From an uncultured Gemmatimonadaceae bacterium (GTDB lineage: Bacteria; Gemmatimonadota; Gemmatimonadetes; Gemmatimonadales; Gemmatimonadaceae): 64,000 bases of DNA. Each line of letters starts with the position of its first letter. The stretch's first letter is position 1. Below, in pieces: positions 39,343-48,658 of the stretch. The translations under genes and the position numbers were made by a program. The stretch lies in the NCBI GenBank assembly GCA_963761305.1, contig CAVXGK010000002.1, positions 1,344,001 to 1,408,000 of the forward strand, in the 5' to 3' direction. The notes beneath the pieces are model-generated. The model had not been told where the DNA came from, did no database searches, and worked only from the letters and a program-made list of their open reading frames with translations.

Positions 39343-40260
39343 ATGCCCGCCCCGCTGATTACATGGAACGAGCCGCTCGAACAACTCGCGTCCTTCGCGG
39401 GCTCGTTTCTCGTGGCAGGCGCTGTCGGGTTTCGCCTGACGGCCGCGCGCACCACCACTGCCGACCCAACGGAGTCGGTCTTCTTTGACCGCGCGCGGCG
39501 CCGCGCGGCGACGCTCGGTGGGGTCGGCGCGGCGATCGGTCTGATCTTCGTCCTCGTCAGCTTGCCCGGTGACGCGGCGCGGGCACACGAGAGCGTCTCG
39601 CAGCTGCTGGCTTCCAACGTGGTCGATTTGCTGTTGTTGGTCTCTTCAGCGCTCGTTCTCATCGGTCTTGGCTCGGCGGCCGCGGGAGGCGGACGTGCCG
39701 GCTGGCCGATCGCCGCCGTGGCGCTGTTGGTCGGAACGCTCGCGCCGATCGCCGGCGGCCGGTGGAGCACGGTCGTAAACCCGATTCATCGCCTCGCTGC
39801 GGGCCTGTGGATCGGGACGTTGTTCGTCATGGTGACCTGCGGACTCACGCCGCTGCTTCGTCACGCCGAACTGCGCGATCGTCGCGGGGCACTCGCGGCC
39901 GACATGGTCAATCGGTTTTCGCCCGTCGCGTTGTCGATGGGTGGCGTCGTTGTGACGTTCGGCGTCATCACGGCCTGGCGACACCTGCCGACGCTCTCGA
40001 GTCTCTGGCAGTCGCCCTATGGGCAAATGCTGATCGTCAAGCTCGTCGTCGTCGCCGCCGTGTTCGGCCTCGGCGCCTTCAACTGGCGGCGGCAACGCCC
40101 CGCGCTCGGTCACGAGTCGGCGGCGATATCTCTGCGCCGATCGTCGCGCGTCGAACTCACGGTCGCGACGGTCGTGTTGCTCGCGACCGCGATTCTCGTG
40201 AGCCTCCCGTCGCCCAAGCGCCCGGCGCCTCAGGTCAGCGCCCAACCGCAGGCCCGATAG
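39343..40260 (+). CDS. CopD family membrane protein
   Basis: IHRLAAGLWIGTL, VNRFSPVA, SPYGQMLIVKL, LGAFNW. Confidence 0.8.
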   Translation: MPAPLITWNEPLEQLASFAGSFLVAGAVGFRLTAARTTTADPTESVFFDRARRRAATLGGVGAAIGLIFVLVSLPGDAARAHESVSQLLASNVVDLLLLVSSALVLIGLGSAAAGGGRAGWPIAAVALLVGTLAPIAGGRWSTVVNPIHRLAAGLWIGTLFVMVTCGLTPLLRHAELRDRRGALAADMVNRFSPVALSMGGVVVTFGVITAWRHLPTLSSLWQSPYGQMLIVKLVVVAAVFGLGAFNWRRQRPALGHESAAISLRRSSRVELTVATVVLLATAILVSLPSPKRPAPQVSAQPQAR

Positions 40261-40370
40261 CCAAGCGGAGCAGCACCACGTTCTCCTTGCGCTCGATGAA
40301 GCCGACGGCTGGCCGTGCCGCGGCAGTGGGCATACGTTACCGGCCGATCAACCTTTAGCCTTCGTTCACG

Positions 40371-41141
40371 ATGCGCGGTGTATTCAAGGAATTGAAAGGC
40401 ATCCTTCACCGCTCCGTCGCCGAGCGGGGAGTGCTGCAAACGCTCAAATCCGCCGCGACGCGCGGACCGCTGTATCTCCGAAGGACCGTCGCTGAGCTGG
40501 TCGACGCGACGAGCCCCCCGTCGGACTTCGACGCGCGCCACGGCGTCCAGACCGACAGTGACCGGGGGAAGACCACACCGCTTCGCACGCTCCGCATCGC
40601 CAGCGCGAACTGGATGCAGGGCGAGGACTACAGCCCGGTCGACCCCGACCGGTTTCGCGCCGCGCTCTCGGCGCTCCGCGTTCCGGTGAACGACTTCACC
40701 TTCGTCGACTTCGGGAGCGGAAAGGGGCGCGCCATTCTCCTGGCCTCCGAGTACCCATTCCGCGAGCTCGTCGGCATCGACTTCTCGGCGGAGCTGATCG
40801 CGATCGCGGAGCGAAACTGGTCGATCTATCGGAGTCCCACGCAGCGCTGCGCGACGGCGCGCTTCGTCTGTGAGGATTTCCTAAATTACGAGATCCCACA
40901 TGCCCCGGCCGTGCTGTACTTCTATCACCCGTGTGGCGAAGCCCTGTTGGCCAAGGTGGTGGCGAAGACGGCGGACGCCGTCGCCCGACATGCCGAGCCG
41001 GTCACGATCATCTACGTGAATCCGGTGCACACGCACCTGTGGGCCGCGGCGGGATTTCAGCGCGTGCCGACGAGCCGCGTCGCGGGCTGCCACATCTATG
41101 GAAACGCGGAATGGATCGAGCGACTGCAGGAACTCGCTTAA
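40371..41141 (+). CDS. Class I SAM-dependent methyltransferase
   Basis: FTFVDFGSGKGRAILLA, GIDFS, LYFYHP. Confidence 0.82.
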   Translation: MRGVFKELKGILHRSVAERGVLQTLKSAATRGPLYLRRTVAELVDATSPPSDFDARHGVQTDSDRGKTTPLRTLRIASANWMQGEDYSPVDPDRFRAALSALRVPVNDFTFVDFGSGKGRAILLASEYPFRELVGIDFSAELIAIAERNWSIYRSPTQRCATARFVCEDFLNYEIPHAPAVLYFYHPCGEALLAKVVAKTADAVARHAEPVTIIYVNPVHTHLWAAAGFQRVPTSRVAGCHIYGNAEWIERLQELA

Positions 41142-41304
41142 GGTTCCTGCGTCCTCGCGGCTATAGGTGACGCTCGTCACCGGTGTTTGAGCAGATTCGA
41201 GACATCCTGGCCTTGATCACTCTCGTCGATACTCTGGGCATGACACCGATCACTGATCCGGCCTCGAGTCGACCGCCGACGATCGCGCGCGACTCGTCGT
41301 CCGC

Positions 41305-41463
41305 ATGGCCCTCCGCGCGTTCGGCGATGGGACGCAAACCGCCAAATGGCTATCGCGACCGAGCGGCCTGTTCGACGGCCACTCGCCGCTATTCGTTGCG
41401 ACGACGAGCAGCACCGGTTGCGCGCACGTGTGCCGCGTGCTCGACAGTTTGGTTGACGACTGA
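41305..41463 (+). CDS. Xre/MbcA/ParS antitoxin C-terminal-domain-like small protein (possibly truncated; below ORF-track cutoff)
   Basis: Manual translation MALRAFGDGTQTAKWLSRPSGLFDGHSPLFVATTSSTGCAHVCRVLDSLVDD matches the FGD...WL..P...G..PL....G...V...L pattern. Confidence 0.6.
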   Translation: MALRAFGDGTQTAKWLSRPSGLFDGHSPLFVATTSSTGCAHVCRVLDSLVDD

Positions 41464-41754
41464 GCTGCCGATAGTCGTCTTTACGGTGTCCGGACGCGAT
41501 CCTCACGGGTGTAGAGGACGACGACCGCACACAGATTGCGTCCCTTGCTCTGAAACTCCATGGGTGCGCCTCGTCGATCCACAGCTCGGCGGCTGGAATT
41601 CTTCGGCGTCGAAGTCGGTGCGAAGTTTCCGGGCGCGTCTTTGACAACGATCTTGGGCGTGCAGCTCCGTTTCCCCCGAGTATGAGGACCCGTCATCCCA
41701 CGACGGGCCACGACCGCGGTGACTGAAAATCCAGCAAGCCGGCGGTGAGATCGA

Positions 41755-43071
41755 TCACTTCCGCGGTCCGTTGATCCAGTCCACGACCAGCGCCGGAAAC
41801 CCGTCGGCATACCTGGGCCAACCCAGTGCGTCGGCCGGCGGGACGCGTAAGGCATGATCGGCGCCGCCGAGCACGCGAACGGTGACCACGGTGTCGTGAT
41901 TTGACGTGAGTATACCGGTAATCGCGTCGATGCTCTTGCGCGGCGGAACCACTTCGTCTCGCTCGCCGTACAGCAGCAGCACCGGCACGTCGACCGCCGC
42001 CCATGCCCGCCGATTGTCGGCGTTTCCGACGGACCGGTACCACTCCCAGATCCAGTCCGCATCGTCGGGCAGCCCCAGATGCTCATACCACGCTGCCGAC
42101 CGATGTTTCGCCTCGTCGGCGTGGAGCTGATCACGTGACAGCCCACCGCGCGCAGCGTCCACGAACTCCCGATAGAGCGACATTGCGTCGCGAAGCTCCT
42201 GGCCACTGTATCGCTTCGTCAACATCGTCTCGACGCGATAAAGGTCCTGTTCGTACTGCGGCCCGACGTTGCCGTCCGCGTCGACGATCCACCGCACTTC
42301 GGTGTTGCCGGCCGCCACCATCGGCGCGATGAAGCCCCCCTGGCTGTGGCCATACGCGCCCACGCGACGAGGGTCGACGTCCTCCCGGCCCGCGAGAACA
42401 TGGACCGCCGCCTTCGCATCCCGCGCGAGATCGTCGAGGGTACTCGTTTTCCAATCGCCAGTGGATTCACCGACGCCGCGCTTGTCATAGATGAGCGCGA
42501 CAACGCCTCGACGCGCGACATAGTCGGCGAGGAAGCCATTGGCCCATCGCCCCTCGGCCCCCGACCCGTGAATGAATACGACGGCGGGATGCCGGCCCGG
42601 CGTCCGCGGCGATAGCACTGTGCCCGCCAGCTCGACGCCTCCATTGCTGAAGCGGACGGACGTCGACGCATACGGTTTGTCCGTCGATGCCGACACGCGA
42701 TGCAGCGAGAACGTGCCTTGAGACGAGCCCTCGGTGATCGTTCCCCCGATCGAGTCGGCGGCGACGCGGCCCGCGAAGACCATCGTCGTCTGGTCGCCTA
42801 CTAACTCCCAGTGCACGTCTGACCGGAGTCGCACGTTCCGAAGCGGCACGTCCATCGCACCCAAGTCTCCCGCCGTAAAGAACCCTCGGCTGGGACTGCC
42901 CGTCGGCAGGTCGACGGCAATGGGCAGCGCCGATGCCCCCCGCCGCATCGTGCCCTCCCACCGGCCGTTCGCGGGCGATTGCGCTTTAGCGTTTGCGGAT
43001 ACCAGGAGAATGGCCGCACTCGCGAGCCATCGCGCCGGCAGCCTGTCGGCTCTGAAGAAGGATGTGTTCAT
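41755..43071 (-). CDS. Secreted alpha/beta hydrolase (peptidase S9/S15-like)
   Basis: Signal peptide; FIHGSG, YDKRGVGES, GHSQGG nucleophile, GERDEVVP, GADH. Confidence 0.87.
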   Translation of the reverse strand: MNTSFFRADRLPARWLASAAILLVSANAKAQSPANGRWEGTMRRGASALPIAVDLPTGSPSRGFFTAGDLGAMDVPLRNVRLRSDVHWELVGDQTTMVFAGRVAADSIGGTITEGSSQGTFSLHRVSASTDKPYASTSVRFSNGGVELAGTVLSPRTPGRHPAVVFIHGSGAEGRWANGFLADYVARRGVVALIYDKRGVGESTGDWKTSTLDDLARDAKAAVHVLAGREDVDPRRVGAYGHSQGGFIAPMVAAGNTEVRWIVDADGNVGPQYEQDLYRVETMLTKRYSGQELRDAMSLYREFVDAARGGLSRDQLHADEAKHRSAAWYEHLGLPDDADWIWEWYRSVGNADNRRAWAAVDVPVLLLYGERDEVVPPRKSIDAITGILTSNHDTVVTVRVLGGADHALRVPPADALGWPRYADGFPALVVDWINGPRK

Positions 43072-43080
43072 GAACCCCAC

Positions 43081-43136
43081 ACTACGCCGTGGCCGCTGGT
43101 GGCCACAATGGCCAATTCCCGACGATTTCGGCCATG
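43081..43136 (-). promoter_or_regulatory. Putative GlxA/AraC-dependent promoter, copy 1 (hydrolase)
   Basis: Ungapped similarity to 44161-44216 (TGGCCGAAA-CGTCGG...TGG-CATTG...GGCGTA on the minus strand). Confidence 0.55.
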
Positions 43137-43161
43137 CTTTACCGGTCCAGCGATCCACCGT

Positions 43162-44151
43162 CTACTTCACGCTAAACCTCGCCCGATACGCCGTCGGCGA
43201 AACACCGAACCGCCTCTCGAACGCTCGCGCGAAAACGTCTTCGCTGGAATAGCCGACGGAGCGGGCCACAGCCGTGACGGTAACGCGGCGTGCAGTCAGT
43301 CGTTCGCTGGCGAGGCCCAGCCGGAGCTCTTCGACGAACGAGGCCGGCGTCGCTCCGAACTCGTTCTTGAATGCCCGCGCGAAGTGACGCACGCTCATGT
43401 TCGCGCGATTGGCGAGTGTCTCGACACTGAGATCGGCGCTGAGATGGCTCTGGATCCATGCGGCGAGATCGCCGAAGTTGTCGGTCGCCTCTACCTGAAA
43501 GCGGAGCGGCTCGGAGAATTGTTGCTGGCCGCCGGGTCGCTTGAAGTACACCACCAGCTCACGTGCGACGGCAAGCGCGACCTGGCTGCCCAGGTCCTCC
43601 TCGATCATCGCCAGCGCGAGGTCGATCCCCGCCGTAACTCCCGCGGACGTATAGAAGCGGCCGTCCTTGATGAAGATCGCATCCGGCGCGACCTCGAGAC
43701 GCGGATAGCGGCGGCCGATGTCGCGAGACGCGCTCCAGTGCGTCGTGACGCGGCGTCCGTCGAGTAGGCCCGTTGGGGCAAGGCCGTACAATCCCGTGCA
43801 AACGCTGGCGATGCGACGAACCGACCCTTCGATCGACGAGATCCACTCAGCGGTCTTCTCACTGACGCCGGGTCGACGGAGCCCGGCCCCTCCCGGGATG
43901 ACGAGCGTGTCGAGACGTAGCCTCGAGCTCGCGGTCGCGTCGGCGTGCATGACAAACCCCGCGCTCGTCGTAAATCGTTTCGCCGTGAGGCCAATGATGA
44001 CTATCTCATACGGCCGAGGGCCGGCGTTTTCGGCTAGCAAGTCCGAATCGAACACGTCGGACCCGAAAGCATCGGCCGGACCGACGATGTCAAGCGCCTG
44101 GACGCCGTCGAAGCCGAGGAAGCCGACGCGGCGCGGTGTGTCGTTGGGCAT
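43162..44151 (-). CDS. GlxA family transcriptional regulator (DJ-1/PfpI plus AraC HTH)
   Basis: LDIVGP, IASVCTG, TTHW, TSAGVTAGIDLAL, KRPGGQQQFS, MSVRHFARAF. Confidence 0.92.
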   Translation of the reverse strand: MPNDTPRRVGFLGFDGVQALDIVGPADAFGSDVFDSDLLAENAGPRPYEIVIIGLTAKRFTTSAGFVMHADATASSRLRLDTLVIPGGAGLRRPGVSEKTAEWISSIEGSVRRIASVCTGLYGLAPTGLLDGRRVTTHWSASRDIGRRYPRLEVAPDAIFIKDGRFYTSAGVTAGIDLALAMIEEDLGSQVALAVARELVVYFKRPGGQQQFSEPLRFQVEATDNFGDLAAWIQSHLSADLSVETLANRANMSVRHFARAFKNEFGATPASFVEELRLGLASERLTARRVTVTAVARSVGYSSEDVFARAFERRFGVSPTAYRARFSVK

Positions 44152-44160
44152 GGCGCAAAC

Positions 44161-44216
44161 GGTACGCCACGGCGGCGAATGCCCGCAATGACCATCGGCC
44201 GACGTTTTCGGCCACG
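44161..44216 (-). promoter_or_regulatory. Putative GlxA/AraC-dependent promoter, copy 2 (regulator, autoregulatory)
   Basis: Same motif as 43081-43136, exactly 1080 bp away and similarly placed relative to the ATG. Confidence 0.55.
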
Positions 44217-44327
44217 ACCCGCGCACAGGCCGGTCATTATGGTCCCTTAATGTGCGGTCTGTGCCCTCGATGACTATGGGGGCGATCGTCTCCAGCAGTC
44301 AAGCGAGCGGAGCGACGATGACGTAGC

Positions 44328-44462
44328 TCAGTCGTCAACCCAACTATCGAGCACCCGACACACGTGCGCGCAGCCGGCGCTACTCGTCGACGCAACGAAC
44401 AACGGCGAGTGGCCATTGAACAGGCCACTCGGTTGCGACAGCCATTCGGCCGCTTGTGTCCG
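44328..44462 (-). pseudogene. Second, 5'-truncated copy of the MbcA/ParS-like domain
   Basis: Translates RTQAAEWLSQPSGLFNGHSPLFVASTSSAGCAHVCRVLDSWVDD*; in-frame stop at 44472-44474 and no start codon. Confidence 0.6.
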
Positions 44463-44541
44463 TGACCGCCGTCACCGGCTTACCCAACGCCGAGCGTGGA
44501 CCCGGATGCCGTTTACGTCTTGGTAAGACGGACGCGTCAAA

Positions 44542-44561
44542 GCTTAACGCCGGCTTAACGC
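44542..44561. promoter_or_regulatory. Tandem GCTTAACGC direct repeat (11-bp period), probable OmpR-family box
   Basis: GCTTAACGC at 44542 and 44553, about 50 bp upstream of the response regulator. Confidence 0.55.
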
Positions 44562-44609
44562 GACCTCTGCGTCTTATGCGCGGGCCGGTTCTTGGCGTAC
44601 TCTTGCTTC

Positions 44610-45308
44610 ATGCGATTGCTCGTTGTGGAGGACGATCCTCAGTTAGGGCCGATGCTCGCTCGCGGCCTCCGCGAGCACGCGTACGCCGTCGATCTCGTCG
44701 CTGATGGCGCCGACGCAGCACGGTACGCCGCACTGCACGAGTACGATGCGGTGGTGCTCGACTACATGCTTCCGCATCGTGACGGCGTCGCCGTGGCCCG
44801 CGCGCTGCGCGCCAGAGGTCTCCAGATACCAATTCTGATGCTCACAGCCCGCGACGCGATCGTCGATCGAGTCGCGGGGCTCGACGCCGGCGCCGACGAC
44901 TATCTCGTGAAGCCGTTCGCCTTCGACGAACTCTTGGCGCGACTACGAGCTCTGGTGCGTCGTGGCGGCGTGGTGTTGCCGGCCGTCCTCACGCTCGGCG
45001 ACCTCACGATCGATACACGCGCGCAGCGCGTCGAGAAACGCGGTGTGCACGTGCCGCTCACTGCAAAGGAGTACGCGTTGCTGGATTATCTCGCGCGGCG
45101 ACGCGGTGTACTCGTGTCCCGCGCCGACATCACGGCGCACGTGTGGGATGAGAATCACGATCCCTCGAGCAACACCCTCGAGGTGTACATCAATCGTCTG
45201 CGCAAGAAGATCGACGACGCCGATGCGCCGTCGCACATCCAGACGCGCCGGGGCGCGGGCTATCTATTCGACGTGCCCGCACCGGCACTGCCGGACTCGC
45301 GGCCGTGA
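44610..45308 (+). CDS. OmpR-family response regulator
   Basis: MRLLVVEDD, LDYMLP, LTARD, GADDYLVKPF, LTAKEY, IQTRRGAGY. Confidence 0.93.
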   Translation: MRLLVVEDDPQLGPMLARGLREHAYAVDLVADGADAARYAALHEYDAVVLDYMLPHRDGVAVARALRARGLQIPILMLTARDAIVDRVAGLDAGADDYLVKPFAFDELLARLRALVRRGGVVLPAVLTLGDLTIDTRAQRVEKRGVHVPLTAKEYALLDYLARRRGVLVSRADITAHVWDENHDPSSNTLEVYINRLRKKIDDADAPSHIQTRRGAGYLFDVPAPALPDSRP

Positions 45309-46789
45309 TTCGCACCAACGTCCGCACACGCCTCTCCATCTGGCACAGCGGACTGCTCGCATTCCTGGTGACCATGTTTGCCGTGGCGAGCTATGGCTTT
45401 CTGCGCCGAACCGAGTTGGCGCGAATCGATAGCACCCTCCAGGAGCAGTCGGAGATCGTGGCGCAGTCAATGGCCGCTGTCGCGGCCGGTGGTACCCTCA
45501 CGCGCATTGACACGGTCGGGATGCTCGCCGTGATGCACGACCTTCGTGCCCGCGGGTTGCGCGCCTGGGTCGTCGACGGCGCCGGACGACCGATCGTCAC
45601 CACGGCCATGGTCCACGAGGGCGAGGGTGCGGCCGAGGAGCGGCGCGTGCTCGGCGACACGCTGCCCGCCGCGGTGTTGCGCGACGTCGGCCCGGTCGCC
45701 GGGACGCGTATCGTCCAACAGACGGTCTCGACCGCCTCGGGGCGCGCGCGCCTGTATGGGGCGCCGCTCCCCGAGGTGCTCGGCGCCGGGGCCGTCATCG
45801 TCTCGACGTCCATTCGCGACCTCGATGCGTTGTTGCGGGATGCGCGCAACGCCGCAGTCGCGGCGGTGCTCGTGGCGGTGCTGCTCTCGGTAGTTGCCGG
45901 GTACGTCCTGGCACGCCAAAGCTTGGTCCCGGTGACGGCGATGAGCCAGCAAGCGGACCGCATCGGGGCCGCGAATCTGCACGAGCGACTCCCGGTCACG
46001 AATCCGCACGACGAGCTCGGACATCTCGCGGAGACGTTCAATCGCATGCTGGACCGGGTCGACAATGCGTTCGAGCAGCAACGCCGCTTCATGGCCGACG
46101 CGTCGCACGAGCTCCGGACGCCTGTCGCGATTCTGCGCGGCGAGGCGGACCTCGCGCTCTTGTCGGACGGGCGGACGCGCGAGGAATACCGCGGTGCGCT
46201 CGTCGTGGTGCACGACGCCGCCGATCGGTTGTCGCGAACGGTCAACGACGTTTTCCTGCTGGCGCGCGTCGATGCGAGCCAGGTGCCGACGGCACCCGCA
46301 CCACTCTACCTCGACGAGCTCGTCGCCGATACCTGCCGTGCGATGCGGTCGCTCGCCGCGCAGCGCGGTGTCACGCTGACGTGCGAAACCGCCGGTGAGA
46401 TTCCCTACGTCGGCGATAGCGTGCTGCTTGAGCGACTCGTAATGAACCTCGTCGACAACGCGATCAAGTACTCGGACGACGGCGGGACAGTGAGCGCTCG
46501 CCTCGACCGCAACGCGCAGGGCGTCTGGCTCACCGTCGTGAACGGCGGCCCCGGCATTCCCGCCGAAGCGCAACCGCACGTGTTCGATCGGTTCTATCGC
46601 GTCGATGCCGCGCGTACGGCGGCGGCGCGCGGTGCGGCCATCAGCAGTGGAAGCGGTCTCGGACTTGCCATCGCGCGGTGGATCGCCGAATTGCACGGCG
46701 GCGCCGTCGAGTTGACGGCGTCGGAGCCGGGGCGAACGGCCTTCACGTTTCGCTTGCCGCCGGAGCCCAGGCTTCAGGAGAGCGCATAG
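45305..46789 (+). CDS. HAMP-domain sensor histidine kinase (CusS-like architecture)
   Basis: Two TM helices; HAMP DELGHLAETFNRML; ASHELRTP; NLVDNAIKY; GSGLGLAIA. Confidence 0.92.
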   Translation: MIRTNVRTRLSIWHSGLLAFLVTMFAVASYGFLRRTELARIDSTLQEQSEIVAQSMAAVAAGGTLTRIDTVGMLAVMHDLRARGLRAWVVDGAGRPIVTTAMVHEGEGAAEERRVLGDTLPAAVLRDVGPVAGTRIVQQTVSTASGRARLYGAPLPEVLGAGAVIVSTSIRDLDALLRDARNAAVAAVLVAVLLSVVAGYVLARQSLVPVTAMSQQADRIGAANLHERLPVTNPHDELGHLAETFNRMLDRVDNAFEQQRRFMADASHELRTPVAILRGEADLALLSDGRTREEYRGALVVVHDAADRLSRTVNDVFLLARVDASQVPTAPAPLYLDELVADTCRAMRSLAAQRGVTLTCETAGEIPYVGDSVLLERLVMNLVDNAIKYSDDGGTVSARLDRNAQGVWLTVVNGGPGIPAEAQPHVFDRFYRVDAARTAAARGAAISSGSGLGLAIARWIAELHGGAVELTASEPGRTAFTFRLPPEPRLQESA

Positions 46790-46858
46790 CCGGCGTTTAT
46801 CCAGGGTTCAGGTCGATGCGACAGCTTTGATCTGTACTTCACCGAGAGAGTCCCACCC

Positions 46859-47353
46859 GTGGTGTCCGTCGATCAGATCGCGCACTGGCTGCTTCCTTGG
46901 AACCACGCGTTCGCGCACTCTAAATGGGTGGCCGGCACGGTGACCGGCTCCCACATCATTTCTCTAATGTTCGGCGGTGGGCTCGCGATCGCAGCCGACC
47001 GGACGACGCTCCGAGTCGATCGCGCCGACTCCGAGGCTCGCGACGAGCAGATCCGCGAGATTCGTGCGGTTCACGCACCGGTGCTCGTGTCGCTGGTGGT
47101 GCTCCTGGTGAGTGGGGTGCTGCTCGGCGCGTCCGACGTCGAGACGTTCCTGCCGTCCATCTGGTTCTGGATCAAGATCGCGCTCGTCGCCCTCCTCATG
47201 ATCAACGGCTCGGTGCTCGCGTTGACCGAACGGCGGCTTGGTGGCGGGCTCACGGACGGAGGCTGGACCCGATTGCGAACGCTCGCCTGGGCGAGCATCG
47301 CGCTGTGGACGGCGACAGCGGTGGTCGGGATCGTCCTCTCGAACATCTCCTGA
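46859..47353 (+). CDS. Four-helix membrane protein (DUF6644/DUF2214-like)
   Basis: HIISLMFGGG..IAAD, SGVLL, FWIKIALVALLMING. Confidence 0.65.
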   Translation: MVSVDQIAHWLLPWNHAFAHSKWVAGTVTGSHIISLMFGGGLAIAADRTTLRVDRADSEARDEQIREIRAVHAPVLVSLVVLLVSGVLLGASDVETFLPSIWFWIKIALVALLMINGSVLALTERRLGGGLTDGGWTRLRTLAWASIALWTATAVVGIVLSNIS

Positions 47354-47364
47354 ACGCCGCCGCG

Positions 47365-47922
47365 TCAAGAGAGTTTGACGAGAGCGGCCGCCCACTGGGT
47401 TCCGTCGCTGTCTTCTTGAAACAGTTTGTCGAGGTCGACGGTGACGGTGTCACCGGTGCGAACGACGGCAAACCGATCCATGTTTCGCGTTGCGCGGCCG
47501 CTGTCGGGGACGTAGTCACCGTTCGGCTGAAAGCGGGAATGGTGCTTCGGGCATTCGAACTGATGGTCGGCGTCCGACCAGCGCAGTGCCGTGTTCTGAT
47601 GCGGGCACGAGAGATCGAAGGCGTACACCGCGCCCTGCCAGCGCACGAGAATGACGTCGTTCTTCTTGTCGATCTGCGCTCCGTCCGCGGTCGGGATCGG
47701 GTAGCCCACCGTTTGGTCGGGGCGCCGCTTGCCGTCGATGAAATCGAGTGGCATCGCCAGTGCCGATGCCCGGCTCACGCCAACGGCGACCAGCGCACCC
47801 GCCATGCTCAGCAACGTCTCTCGCAAAAAGCGCCGCCGGCTCGTGGGCAGCTCGCAGCCGGCGCAGTCAGTCGCACCCGGCGTCGGCTCGTCGTTTGCTA
47901 TGGTCGTCATCGCTTCGCTCAT
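47365..47922 (-). CDS. Rieske 2Fe-2S protein with twin-arginine signal
   Basis: SRRRFL; CPHQ and CPKHHSRF ligand motifs. Confidence 0.87.
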   Translation of the reverse strand: MSEAMTTIANDEPTPGATDCAGCELPTSRRRFLRETLLSMAGALVAVGVSRASALAMPLDFIDGKRRPDQTVGYPIPTADGAQIDKKNDVILVRWQGAVYAFDLSCPHQNTALRWSDADHQFECPKHHSRFQPNGDYVPDSGRATRNMDRFAVVRTGDTVTVDLDKLFQEDSDGTQWAAALVKLS

Positions 47923-48126
47923 GGTTCACGACATGGTGCATCCTGTGCGTTCTCGTACCCCATTCGCAAGATGCGGTTCGCCGCGATCTCGTATTTATCA
48001 AGCGTTAAGGAAAGAAAGGATCGGCCCGCTGTCGCCACCTCCGCTTCGCCGGCGGAACCCGGGTACGCCGCGGACGAGCGTGTCGTTAGACAAACGAGCT
48101 TCTTGCTCATGACGCGGAGTAGCGTG

Positions 48127-48624
48127 ATGGATCAAAACAAGAGTCGAGCGGCGTGCTCGGGTTGTCTGATTGCTGATTCCCCGCGAATCGGTGCACTCCC
48201 ACCGGTCGGCGAAGGGATCGGGCGGCGCACGTTCCTCGTGCAATCGGGCATTCTCGCGGCGATGGCGGCGCTCGCAGCGTGCGGCGCAACCGGCGATTCG
48301 ACGGCGCCCACTGTGCCGGCGAACAGCCAGATCAACGTCGGAAATTACCCGACGCTCGCGAACGTCGGCGGTGTTGCGCTGGTTTCGCTCGGCAGCGCGC
48401 CCGTCGCGATCGTCCGCATTTCGGCGACGTCGTTCATCGCCCTGTCGCGAGTGTGCCCGCACCAAGGCGGCATCGTCAACGAGTCAAACAACCGGTTCGT
48501 GTGCCCGAATCACGGCGCCACCTTCGACCTGAACGGCAACTGGATCGGTGGGCAGCCAACGTCGAATATGCATCAATACGCGACGACCTATGACGCCGGA
48601 TCGAACACGTTGACAATCAGTTGA
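48127..48624 (+). CDS. Rieske 2Fe-2S Tat lipoprotein
   Basis: GRRTFL, lipobox LAAC, CPHQG and CPNHGATF. Confidence 0.87.
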   Translation: MDQNKSRAACSGCLIADSPRIGALPPVGEGIGRRTFLVQSGILAAMAALAACGATGDSTAPTVPANSQINVGNYPTLANVGGVALVSLGSAPVAIVRISATSFIALSRVCPHQGGIVNESNNRFVCPNHGATFDLNGNWIGGQPTSNMHQYATTYDAGSNTLTIS

Positions 48625-48658
48625 TGGACGAAACTCACGCCAACCAACCCACATTCAC

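Noticed and set aside
41305..44465. Composite transposon or IS ends
   Set aside because: The inverted copies are diverged protein-coding remnants; no transposase or target-site duplication was seen
46924..48126. Long N-terminal extension making a 566-aa Rieske protein
   Set aside because: Overlaps two better-supported genes; the Tat signal indicates a start near 48127
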